Positions 31,853-39,861 of a DNA stretch of 64,000 nt are shown piece by piece (positions within the stretch are counted from its first letter, which is position 1; each line of letters opens with the position of its first letter). Source of the stretch: Candidatus Omnitrophota bacterium (GTDB lineage: Bacteria > Ratteibacteria > UBA8468 > B48-G9 > DTJG01); the NCBI GenBank assembly GCA_023819255.1, contig JAMWBU010000005.1, positions 1,657-65,656 on the forward strand. The letters run 5' to 3'. The notes beneath the pieces are model-generated. The model saw only the letters and a list, made by a program, of their open reading frames with translations, was not told the DNA's origin and did no database searches. A program made the translations under genes and the position numbers.

Positions 31853-32551
31853 ATGAAAACAGGGATAAAGATACTCGGTTTGATTGCCGCTTTTTGTTTG
31901 TTTTGTGAATTAACATTGGGAGGTGATAAAAAAATGGAACAAAATATTAAATGGCTGGGACATGCCAGTATTCTCATTGAAAAGGATGGTAAAAAAATCT
32001 ATGTTGACCCGTGGAAACTGAAATCAGGCAAAGCAGACATAATTCTTATAACCCATTCTCATTACGATCATTGCAGCATTGAGGATATAAATAAGATTGC
32101 AACTGATAAAACCACTATAATTGCAACCCCGGATAGCATTGAAAAAATAGCAAAAGGCATCAGGAAAAAGATTTCGCCAGGAACTGAAATTGACCTCGGG
32201 TGGGTAAAGATCGCAGGCGTACCTGCTTATAACATCAACAAGCAATATCACCCGAAATCGAATAACTGGGTTGGATATGTCATCAAGTTTTCTGATGCTT
32301 CAATCTATGTCGCAGGAGATACTGATTTTATCCCTGAAATGAAAAATATCCAGGCGGATATAGTGATATTTCCTGTTGGCGGAACATATACTATGAATGC
32401 GCAGGAAGCAGCCCAGGCAGTAAACACAATAAAACCAAAGTTAGCGATACCAATTCATTTTGGAGACATTGTAGGCTCTAAATCGGATGCTGAAAAATTT
32501 GCTTCTCTTGTAAAGGAATCTCAGGTGAAAATCCTGACGCCTGAAGAATAA
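31853..32551 (+). CDS. Metallo-beta-lactamase fold hydrolase (second in-frame start at 31934)
   Basis: WLGHAS, THSHYDH, YVAGDT, PIHFG. Confidence 0.88.
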   Translation: MKTGIKILGLIAAFCLFCELTLGGDKKMEQNIKWLGHASILIEKDGKKIYVDPWKLKSGKADIILITHSHYDHCSIEDINKIATDKTTIIATPDSIEKIAKGIRKKISPGTEIDLGWVKIAGVPAYNINKQYHPKSNNWVGYVIKFSDASIYVAGDTDFIPEMKNIQADIVIFPVGGTYTMNAQEAAQAVNTIKPKLAIPIHFGDIVGSKSDAEKFASLVKESQVKILTPEE

Positions 32552-32582
32552 TCTTTTTACGCTGACAGGAAAAATAGCGCAA

Positions 32583-33053
32583 CTACCTTGGCCTTACCCT
32601 TGCTGTGCCATCAGAAGCATAGATTACCTGAACTGAATCACCTGGCTTGAAATTGTCCTGATCGGTCTTTTCCTGAATAATCGCGACTGTTCTTCCATCC
32701 TCAAGTTTTACGGTAATTTCAAGACCGACCTTTGTGGTAACCTTTTTTTCGATAGCGCCGCCCGCGACTGCTCCTGCCACTCCGCCAATAATTGTGGCTG
32801 CTGTTCTTCCTCTTCCCTCGCCAATGCTCTGACCAACAGCGGCTCCTGCAGCAGCGCCAGTAATGGTTCCAGCAGGACCTGCCTGACCTTCAATGGTAAC
32901 CTGGTTCACTGTCACAACTGTGCCGTAGTAAACTGTCTGCATTTTTCTTGCTTCATCCCTTTGATAGCTGGATCCGCTCATAGGCGTCTGGCAACCTGAA
33001 AACAGCACAATCAACGCCAGAAGCAAAATTCCTGCTGAAAAAAACTTTTTCAT
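32583..33053 (-). CDS. Glycine-zipper outer-membrane lipoprotein (SlyB/Pcp-like)
   Basis: Lipobox FSGC, GAAAGAAVG...GGVAGAVAG zipper. Confidence 0.88.
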   Translation of the reverse strand: MKKFFSAGILLLALIVLFSGCQTPMSGSSYQRDEARKMQTVYYGTVVTVNQVTIEGQAGPAGTITGAAAGAAVGQSIGEGRGRTAATIIGGVAGAVAGGAIEKKVTTKVGLEITVKLEDGRTVAIIQEKTDQDNFKPGDSVQVIYASDGTARVRPR

Positions 33054-33193
33054 TTTCCCTCCCTGTCAGTTTTCGAATTCCCTCATTTATTATATTCACT
33101 TTCATAAATTTTGACAATCGAAATGAAGAAAAGTTTATTAAAAAATACAATTCAGAACCTGCCAGCCTTATTGATTGGAAGTGCCAAAGGGCG

Positions 33194-33337
33194 GGCGGTG
33201 TGTATTTGAAAAAATCCGAACCGATTTCATTAACGGGCTCGGCGGGCGGACTTCCCCCCGAAGAACCCCCCTTCCGCCCGCCTCGCCCGAAAGCGAAAAG
33301 GACGATTTCAAGTTTTTCTTTGGCGGCAAATTCTTTT
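33194..33337. repeat. Left-end arm: inverted repeat of 35012-35113 followed by inverted repeat of 35337-35372
   Basis: 33194-33295 vs 35012-35113 is 101/102 complementary; 33302-33337 vs 35337-35372 is 36/36. Confidence 0.95.
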
Positions 33338-33340
33338 ATT

Positions 33341-33835
33341 TTATTTAGTATCTTGATAAATAACTTTTCCATTTTGCTTTGCCCATTCTTCAGAAAAACC
33401 GACATGGGATATTTTATTACTACTCCGGTCTAACTGACGTTCGGTCTCTTTCAATAAAACCCTTGGTTCAATTTCATAAATTATTTTTACGCGTAAAGGG
33501 TCTTTTTTGTAAAAAATTGCTAAATAAATCATCTTATTTCTGGTAATTCTTAAAAGCGATTCGGCGCGTTTATCAGCTGGTTCCTTGAACATTCTATCTA
33601 ATTGACCCGTGCCACCTTCATAACAAGTAAGATACTCATACTTAATATTCGGATTGTTTCTATCTCTGGCATCTGCATCTCTTTTTGAGGCTATTACCTC
33701 ATGCCCTAGTATTTCAGAAACTATCATTTCTTTTACTAACCCCGGTTGTAAAATATTTGGTATTCCTACTTGTAATGCTAACTCTTGGGCTCTTTTAACC
33801 AACCTTATAATTTCAGATATTATTTTTTGTATCAT
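33341..33835 (-). CDS. PvuII-like type II restriction endonuclease
   Basis: QELALQVGIPNILQ, DADARD...KYEYLT, IYEIEP, WAKQNGKVIY align by eye with PvuII; lies next to a methylase. Confidence 0.7.
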   Translation of the reverse strand: MIQKIISEIIRLVKRAQELALQVGIPNILQPGLVKEMIVSEILGHEVIASKRDADARDRNNPNIKYEYLTCYEGGTGQLDRMFKEPADKRAESLLRITRNKMIYLAIFYKKDPLRVKIIYEIEPRVLLKETERQLDRSSNKISHVGFSEEWAKQNGKVIYQDTK

Positions 33836-33844
33836 AATAATTCG

Positions 33845-34636
33845 CTAAAATAATCGAGAAGACAGATTTAATTCTATGTCATTTAATCTTTTTTGGCAAA
33901 TATTAACCATATCGGAATTTATTTCAATCCCTATAAAATTTCTTTTTAATTCTTTACAAACCACCAATGTTGTCCCAGTACCTGCAAATGGATCAAGAAC
34001 TAAATCTCCTTCATTTGAGCTAGCTTTTACAATTCTTTCGATCAATTTTTTGGGTTTTTGAATTGTATTCAAAAAATCCTTCGATAACAATTCCTTAGAT
34101 TTATAGGTAAGTTGTTTAATATCACCCCAAACATCTCCCGGATTTTTACCTTTTTCATTAAATTTTGTCTTTGGAAATTTCCCATTAATTACTGATGGTA
34201 CTTTTTCACACCTTCTCCTGTGCTCTAATTCAACTAATTGAGGAACGCGAATCAAATCTAGGTTAAAGACTTTTGCTTTCCCTTTGGTAAAATAAGCAAT
34301 AATATCATAGTTATTTGTAAAAGTTGTTCTTCCTTGCCCCAGTCTGCTGGGCTGATACCATACGATTTTAGAATTCAAGGTTAAGAATGGTCTATAATCA
34401 ATAAAATCTATACAATCTGGCTTTCCAAAAAGATATAGTGCGCCTCCCTTTTTCAAGACACGCGAAAACATTTTTATCAATCCTAAATTATATTCTTGAA
34501 TATTCCTTAACCTATCCCAACCGTTTTTAGTAACTCCATAAGGACCATCACATACTATTAAATCGATTGATTCATCTTCAATTTCATCTAACAACTTCCA
34601 ACAATCACCTTTGTAAATTTTATTAACCTCTATCAT
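33845..34636 (-). CDS. Beta-class amino (N4-C/N6-A) DNA methyltransferase
   Basis: DGPY motif IV first, then QKPKKL, GDLVLDPFAGTGTT, FIGIE. Confidence 0.92.
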   Translation of the reverse strand: MIEVNKIYKGDCWKLLDEIEDESIDLIVCDGPYGVTKNGWDRLRNIQEYNLGLIKMFSRVLKKGGALYLFGKPDCIDFIDYRPFLTLNSKIVWYQPSRLGQGRTTFTNNYDIIAYFTKGKAKVFNLDLIRVPQLVELEHRRRCEKVPSVINGKFPKTKFNEKGKNPGDVWGDIKQLTYKSKELLSKDFLNTIQKPKKLIERIVKASSNEGDLVLDPFAGTGTTLVVCKELKRNFIGIEINSDMVNICQKRLNDIELNLSSRLF

Positions 34637-34638
34637 AT

Positions 34639-34854
34639 TTATTTCTTGATCAATTCTTCTATTGTTATATTTAATGTTTTTGCAATTTTCGCCATAACAA
34701 AAACTGACGGCTTTTTAATGACTCCGGTTTCAATTTTGGTAAGGGTGGTATAAGGAATATCCGCTTTCCTAGCGAATTCGTCTTGGGAAAGTTCAAGTTT
34801 AAGCCGCAACGCCTTTATTTTCTTGCCCAATTTATTTCCTTGATTATTTTCCAT
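34639..34854 (-). CDS. XRE-family HTH regulator (controller/C-protein-like)
   Basis: IKALRLKLELSQDEFARKADI...KIETG...PS; first gene of the C-M-R unit. Confidence 0.88.
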   Translation of the reverse strand: MENNQGNKLGKKIKALRLKLELSQDEFARKADIPYTTLTKIETGVIKKPSVFVMAKIAKTLNITIEELIKK

Positions 34855-34857
34855 AAT

Positions 34858-34908
34858 TTGATAACATTATATTGTTTTGCTATAATTCTATACAAATATA
34901 TGATAACA
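34858..34908. promoter_or_regulatory. Overlapping divergent promoters for the recombinase leader and xre-M-R
   Basis: Plus strand TTGATA(34858)-N17-TATAAT(34881) with a TG extension; minus strand TATAAT at 34871-34866; TGATAACA direct repeats at 34859 and 34901. Confidence 0.65.
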
Positions 34909-34933
34909 AATAAAAGTAAAACAATCAAGAATA

Positions 34934-35242
34934 AGAAAAGCCCGCTTCTGGCCAAAATAAAGTTCGAGCCGACATTTTTTCAAGTTCTGTGGCGGTTTGC
35001 CTTTCCGCTTCCGCTTTCAGGCGAGGCGGGCGGAAGGGGGGTTCTTCGGGGGGAAGTCCGCCCGCCGAGCCCGTTAATGAAATCGGTTCGGATTTTTTCA
35101 AATACACACCGCCAAACGGTAAAAGTTCTTGCTGGCTCGCCCTCTGCGAGAGCGCAAAGTGCGCTCCAGCCGATTTTGAAGCTGAAATTTAATTTTTTGT
35201 CTTTGTTCCGCCGAAGGCGGAACGCCAGAAGCGAGCTTTTCT
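34934..35242 (+). repeat. Structured 309-nt non-coding segment containing an inverted attP copy and antisense pieces of the recombinase ORF
   Basis: Closing stem 34934-52/35224-42 (18/19); 34953-80 vs 36588-615 (28/28); 34981-35000 vs 35391-410 (18/20); 35109-49 vs 36662-702 (41/41); 35166-204 vs 36616-54 (38/39); hairpins 35150-66 and 35205-23. Confidence 0.92.
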
Positions 35243-35253
35243 AAATTAAGACC

Positions 35254-36975
35254 ATGAAATACTTTATCTATTGCAGAAAATCAACGGATTCAGAAGAAAG
35301 ACAAGTTTTGAGTATTGAAGCTCAGCTTGCTGAGCTAAAAGAATTTGCCGCCAAAGAAAAACTTGAAATCGTTGCCTCGCTTTGTGAGGCGCAAACCGCC
35401 AAAGAACCTGGCCGAAAAATTTTCGGAGAAATGTTAGACCGGATTTGCGCTGGCGAAGCCAGCGGAATTTTGGCTTGGCACCCGGACAGATTAGCAAGAA
35501 ATTCAATAGACGGCGGAAAAATAATTTATCTGCTGGACACGGGAAAGATTAAAGATTTGAAGTTCCCGACATTTTGGTTTGAGAATACGCCGCAGGGGAA
35601 ATTCATGCTTTCCATCGCTTTTGGACAAAGCAAATACTATGTGGACAATTTAAGCGAGAACATCAAACGGGGACACCGCCAAAAACTGCGAAAAGGAATT
35701 TGGCCGGGCTTCGCGCCGCTTGGCTATCTTAATAATCACAGAACAAAGGAAGTAGATTTAGACAGAGATAAAGCACCCTTTATCAAAAAAGCATTTGAGC
35801 TTTACGCTACTGGCGACTACACATTAAAAGCCATAAGGCAATTTTTGGCGGATAGCGGAATAACGAGTTATAGAAAGAAACCGCTTTCTGTTTCCTGTGT
35901 CCAGCGAATGCTCAAAAATCATTTTTATTACGGAGTATTTAAGTTTAACAATGAAGTTTATCAGGGGAGCCATGGGCCAATTATTTCCAAGAAACTTTTT
36001 GATTCTGTTCAACAAGTGATGAATAATCGAGGCAAGAAGAAAAGAAAGAGAAAACACGAGTTTGCTTTTTCCGGTTTTATGCGTTGCGGAAATTGCGGCT
36101 GTATGATAACCGCCGAAAAACAAAAAGGGCATAACTACTATCGATGCACCAAGAAAAAGCAAAAATGCGAGGAAAAGTATTTAAGAGAAGAAAGTCTTGT
36201 TGAACAGATGAGAGATTTTATTCAAAAAGTTTCTTTGCCTGATGATTGGGCGGAAAATATGCTTGCCGAGTTAGATAAAGAAAAAGAGCAAGCTAAAAAA
36301 GATGGAGAAAATTTTGTTCAAAATCTCCAAAATCAAAAAACCGAAGTCGAACAGAAAATTGAAAAGCTTTTAGACCTCTACATCGCCGGCGGAGCTTTGA
36401 CGCTTGAAGAATATCAAACCAAGAAACAAAAACTGCTCAACGAAAAACTGGATATTGAGCAAAAAATCCGAGATTTTGAACAATCGGGGAATAATTGGCT
36501 CGAACCGATGAAAGAAATGATTTTTGAGGCGAAACAAGCCAAAATTCTATTGTCGCAAGGCGACAATCAGCAAATCATAACATTTCTAAAAAATGTCGGC
36601 TCGAACTTTATTTTGAAAGACAAAAAATTAAATTTCCGCTTCAAAATCGGCTGGCGAGCCATCGCAGAGGGCGAGCCAGCAAGAACTTTTACCGTTTGGC
36701 GGAGGGGGTGGGATTCGAACCCACGTCCCGATTACTCGAGAACACGCTTTCCAAGCGTGCGCACTCGGCCACTATGCGACCCCTCCACTGGGATTCAATT
36801 ACTGGCTGGCTTGTCTTGCAAACAGCTTTGCCGGAAATTCATAACCTGCTTTGATACGTTTTTCAAGAAGCTTTTTTGCTCTTCTGTTGAGTCGTTCAAA
36901 TGGAATAACGCCTTTTTCAAATTCTTTAAGCTGCTGTCTCGCAACACAACTACGCCTGTGATAGTGTTTCGCTAA
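35254..36975 (+). CDS. Large serine recombinase (resolvase + recombinase + Zn-ribbon); C-terminus reads through the tRNA antisense
   Basis: YCRKST catalytic Ser motif, SIEAQL, PDRLARN, APLGY, CGNCG...YYRC, coiled coil; tail WRRGWDSNPR is tRNA antisense. Confidence 0.95.
   Translation: MKYFIYCRKSTDSEERQVLSIEAQLAELKEFAAKEKLEIVASLCEAQTAKEPGRKIFGEMLDRICAGEASGILAWHPDRLARNSIDGGKIIYLLDTGKIKDLKFPTFWFENTPQGKFMLSIAFGQSKYYVDNLSENIKRGHRQKLRKGIWPGFAPLGYLNNHRTKEVDLDRDKAPFIKKAFELYATGDYTLKAIRQFLADSGITSYRKKPLSVSCVQRMLKNHFYYGVFKFNNEVYQGSHGPIISKKLFDSVQQVMNNRGKKKRKRKHEFAFSGFMRCGNCGCMITAEKQKGHNYYRCTKKKQKCEEKYLREESLVEQMRDFIQKVSLPDDWAENMLAELDKEKEQAKKDGENFVQNLQNQKTEVEQKIEKLLDLYIAGGALTLEEYQTKKQKLLNEKLDIEQKIRDFEQSGNNWLEPMKEMIFEAKQAKILLSQGDNQQIITFLKNVGSNFILKDKKLNFRFKIGWRAIAEGEPARTFTVWRRGWDSNPRPDYSRTRFPSVRTRPLCDPSTGIQLLAGLSCKQLCRKFITCFDTFFKKLFCSSVESFKWNNAFFKFFKLLSRNTTTPVIVFR
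36697..36786 (-). tRNA. tRNA-Ser(GGA)
   Basis: GGAGGGG/CCCCTCC acceptor stem, anticodon arm CACGC-TTGGAAA-GCGTG, long variable arm, GTTCGAATC T-loop, G discriminator followed by CCA. Confidence 0.97.
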
Positions 36976-36996
36976 TAATTTCTGCTGTTTTTTCAT
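36799..36996 (-). CDS. Small basic hypothetical protein upstream of tRNA-Ser
   Basis: GGAGG 6 nt before ATG; TTGACA-N18-TAAAAT promoter at 37056-37027. Confidence 0.6.
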   Translation of the reverse strand: MKKQQKLLAKHYHRRSCVARQQLKEFEKGVIPFERLNRRAKKLLEKRIKAGYEFPAKLFARQASQ

Positions 36997-37073
36997 CCAT
37001 AACCTCCGCGTAATCCCTCAATTGATATTTTACTTGAATAGATAAGTTGATGTCAAAAAAACAGTTGATTTTT

Positions 37074-38432
37074 CTACTTTTCTTGTTTCTTTAATTTACA
37101 GATCAGTTCTTTCATTTTTTTCACTGGTTCAACCCTTGAAAGGGCGTATTTTTTTATCCATACATTTGGCACAAGGCCCCTGTGAGTTTTTTCCCATTCT
37201 CTCGCAGATTCCTTTACTTTCTTCAATAACTCAAAAATCGCTTTTCTTGCATTCTTTGCTCTCACTGGATTTATTCTTTCTGGTTCACCTGCAAGATGCG
37301 CCTGCTGAAGATAGTTTCTGAAAACAAAAAATGCTGTATCTCGATTTTTTTGAAGCTCTTCAGAAACCTGACGGCATTTTTGAAAATGCCCGGTGCCTAT
37401 ACCCTGATTCTGGCAGTGCTTTAAAAACGCATCTGCCCATTCAGAAGCTTTCTCCGGAATATCTCCATCCCAGGCAATTTTGCCGGCAAGTGCAAGAGTA
37501 TGAAGGCTTGCCTCAATTCCTTCACAGGGGCTGACAAATGTGTTATAACGGCTCCAGCCAGTGGCAATCACGCCTTCCATTTTCATCTCACGGGCATATT
37601 TTACCCACTGGTGCATATTGATGGTTCTCGACTCAATATTAGGAACATCAACATAGGCCCCTTCTGCGCCCTTGAAAGCAGAAGCTGCCCAGATTCTGCA
37701 GCTTGCTTTTTTGAATTTTTCCATAGTTTCCTTTTTAACAAATGTGAACGGGTCCTTAGAATAACTCCAGCACATAAGGTCTGTATGCTTTGCTATTCTT
37801 TTCAGTTCTGTTATGTTCCAGTTCCTCATCATATCGTCCCAGATGATGGGTCTGATGCCGTTTTTATTTAGAAATTCTAAAATTGGCTCAATGTGACCAA
37901 GATATAATTTGGCTTTGCCATTATTCTGAACAAATTTTTTGCATTTATCACAGGAACCTAAACTCCATACCTCGTCACCGCCGACATGAAAGTACTTGAT
38001 GTTTTTGTGTGTTAAAAGAATATCCTTGATCATATCAAGTATGATTTCACGAGACCCCTTTTTCAAGGGACAGATGTCGCTGACATTATCAGGAATCTCG
38101 CGAAGATATTTGAACCTTCTTTTAGAAAGCACATTCTCCAGATGGCCGAAGGATTGTACAAGGGGAATTATCTCTATGCCAAGTTTTTCAGCCCTGGCGA
38201 GAAACTTCTTTATTGTTGATAACGAGTATGCGGTTTCATTTCGTAAAACTGTATATGTTTTCCATGGATAGGTATCTTCCCACTCCACCAGTACGCAGTT
38301 TATTCTTGCCTGATGGAGAAGATCTAGGATTTCCAGTAATCTTGCTGAAGAAGGCGGAAGACCTTTCAAATCAAGATGAATTCCTCTCATTTCAACTGCT
38401 GGTTGATTTCTTAAAAAAAATTTCTCAGACAT
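37074..38432 (-). CDS. GH20-like hexosaminidase (HexD type)
   Basis: RGIHLDLKG, IIPLVQSFGHLE, FHVGGDEV, WDDM, TGWSRY. Confidence 0.85.
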   Translation of the reverse strand: MSEKFFLRNQPAVEMRGIHLDLKGLPPSSARLLEILDLLHQARINCVLVEWEDTYPWKTYTVLRNETAYSLSTIKKFLARAEKLGIEIIPLVQSFGHLENVLSKRRFKYLREIPDNVSDICPLKKGSREIILDMIKDILLTHKNIKYFHVGGDEVWSLGSCDKCKKFVQNNGKAKLYLGHIEPILEFLNKNGIRPIIWDDMMRNWNITELKRIAKHTDLMCWSYSKDPFTFVKKETMEKFKKASCRIWAASAFKGAEGAYVDVPNIESRTINMHQWVKYAREMKMEGVIATGWSRYNTFVSPCEGIEASLHTLALAGKIAWDGDIPEKASEWADAFLKHCQNQGIGTGHFQKCRQVSEELQKNRDTAFFVFRNYLQQAHLAGEPERINPVRAKNARKAIFELLKKVKESAREWEKTHRGLVPNVWIKKYALSRVEPVKKMKELICKLKKQEK

Positions 38433-38465
38433 GTCGTCTCCTGTGTAAATGGAATTTTGTATTAT

Positions 38466-39233
38466 TCACTGCATATATATCCCGAACATAAACCTGCCTG
38501 TGTTTTTTTCGACCCTGTGTGAATAAAAAATATGGGTGTTTTCAGCCGTACACATGTCAGGAGAAAAAATTCTATTTCTGTTGATACCTTTTTCAGTTAA
38601 CTGAGAAACAACTATTCCCTTAAGGTCAAGGTGGTAACTCTTGTTGTTTTCTATAACAAAATCCCTGTAAACGTCACCAAATTTTTCAGCAAGCTGCGCG
38701 GATACTGTATAGCATCTGTAACATATTGATGGACTTATACATGCGATAAGATTGTCTGGCTTGCATCCACAATTTTCAACCATCTTATCCACAAGTTTTC
38801 CACAGATATTCATAAGACATCCCTTCCATCCGCTATGACATATCCCTGAAACATATTTTTCAGGGTCAAAAATAATGACACCTACACAATCAGCAAGGCT
38901 TATAGCAAGGCATACACCCATCTGGTCAGTAAACATCGCATCCCCTTCTAAAACAGGAACTTGAAATGCTTTTCCGCAATCAGAAGCCCCCACATAATGG
39001 ACACTATCCCCGTGTACCTGATTCAAAAATACAAATCTTTCTACTGGAATTTTCATTCTGGCTGCCGTAATAATCCTGTTTTCTATTATTATTTCTGGGC
39101 TGTCTTGTGTATTAAAGGATATGTTGCATGTTTCAAAGGGCCAGAGTGAAAAACCGCCATGTCTTGTCGTGCAGAAAATAGAAACAGGAACCTCATCAAA
39201 AGAAATATAAAAAGGATAATGGCTATAGTCCAT
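38466..39233 (-). CDS. pgeF: PgeF/YfiH family (purine nucleoside phosphorylase-like)
   Basis: TTRHGG, QVHG, ADCV, HSGWKG, CTAE, FYSHR, GRF; start placed at ATG 39233. Confidence 0.9.
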   Translation of the reverse strand: MDYSHYPFYISFDEVPVSIFCTTRHGGFSLWPFETCNISFNTQDSPEIIIENRIITAARMKIPVERFVFLNQVHGDSVHYVGASDCGKAFQVPVLEGDAMFTDQMGVCLAISLADCVGVIIFDPEKYVSGICHSGWKGCLMNICGKLVDKMVENCGCKPDNLIACISPSICYRCYTVSAQLAEKFGDVYRDFVIENNKSYHLDLKGIVVSQLTEKGINRNRIFSPDMCTAENTHIFYSHRVEKNTGRFMFGIYMQ

Positions 39234-39861
39234 TTTTTTGAAGTTTTTTTTCGAGAGATTTTTGCTGAAGAATAAGGGTGACATCCGCTCTTGTTTTTTC
39301 AACTACTGACCTGAAAACATCCACAGATCTTCTCAATCCCCTTGTTAGAACATCAGGGTAGTCAAATGAATTCAAAAAATAATAGATATCATCCATCAGG
39401 CTCAGCATATCTTCAAGTTCGCCTGTTTCATTTTTTCTCATTCTATCAAGAATGTTTCTCCTTAGTTCTCCCATTGCCTCTGAAAGCCCGTGAAGAAAAC
39501 TTATTCTGTCAAATGCTTTAAAATCAGGAATAAAAATCGTTTTTTCTTTTAAAATCCTGTAAAGCACAAGGGCCTCTATGAGTTCTTTTTCAGCATTGTG
39601 AAGAAACCCTGCATACTGGATTTCAGGGAATTTAATGACTGATTGTCGCGCAGAAATAAGAAGTGATGTCGCCTGTTCAAGAAGTTTTCTTGAATCCTCA
39701 AAATCTCCCTGATGCATTTTTTTTATTGCTCTTGACGAAAGTCTTATAACTTCCCGCGCAAGCCTGAGCGACTGTTCACGCGAGTGATCCTGGTTTTCAA
39801 AATAATCTCTGAATTCTTTTTCTAATTTTTCTAATTCTGTCTGATGGCGGGTTTTTTTCAT
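39223..39861 (-). CDS. Translin/TRAX family protein
   Basis: REQSLRLAREV, EKELIEA, GLSEAMGELRR, GLRRSVD. Confidence 0.8.
   Translation of the reverse strand: MKKTRHQTELEKLEKEFRDYFENQDHSREQSLRLAREVIRLSSRAIKKMHQGDFEDSRKLLEQATSLLISARQSVIKFPEIQYAGFLHNAEKELIEALVLYRILKEKTIFIPDFKAFDRISFLHGLSEAMGELRRNILDRMRKNETGELEDMLSLMDDIYYFLNSFDYPDVLTRGLRRSVDVFRSVVEKTRADVTLILQQKSLEKKLQKNGL

Larger units (their letters stand above)
33194..36702. mobile_element. Integrative island at the tRNA-Ser 3' end: large serine recombinase plus C-M-R restriction cassette
   Basis: GGCGG core repeated at 33194-33198 and 36698-36702; an internal inverted copy (35012-35204) joins the two end sequences exactly at this core, independently defining attP. 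Confidence 0.88.

Noticed and set aside
33194..35113. IS or composite transposon bounded by 102-bp terminal inverted repeats
   Set aside because: No transposase or target duplication; the inner copy continues seamlessly into the other att arm, so it is an attP copy rather than a terminal repeat.
34783..35244. ORFs of 153, 60 and 67 aa in the xre-recombinase gap, and ORFs 32953-33405 and 33200-33433
   Set aside because: They are translations of the GC-rich inverted repeats (shared peptides such as GGSSGGSPPAEP and KEFAAKEKLEIV) with no SD or domain signal.
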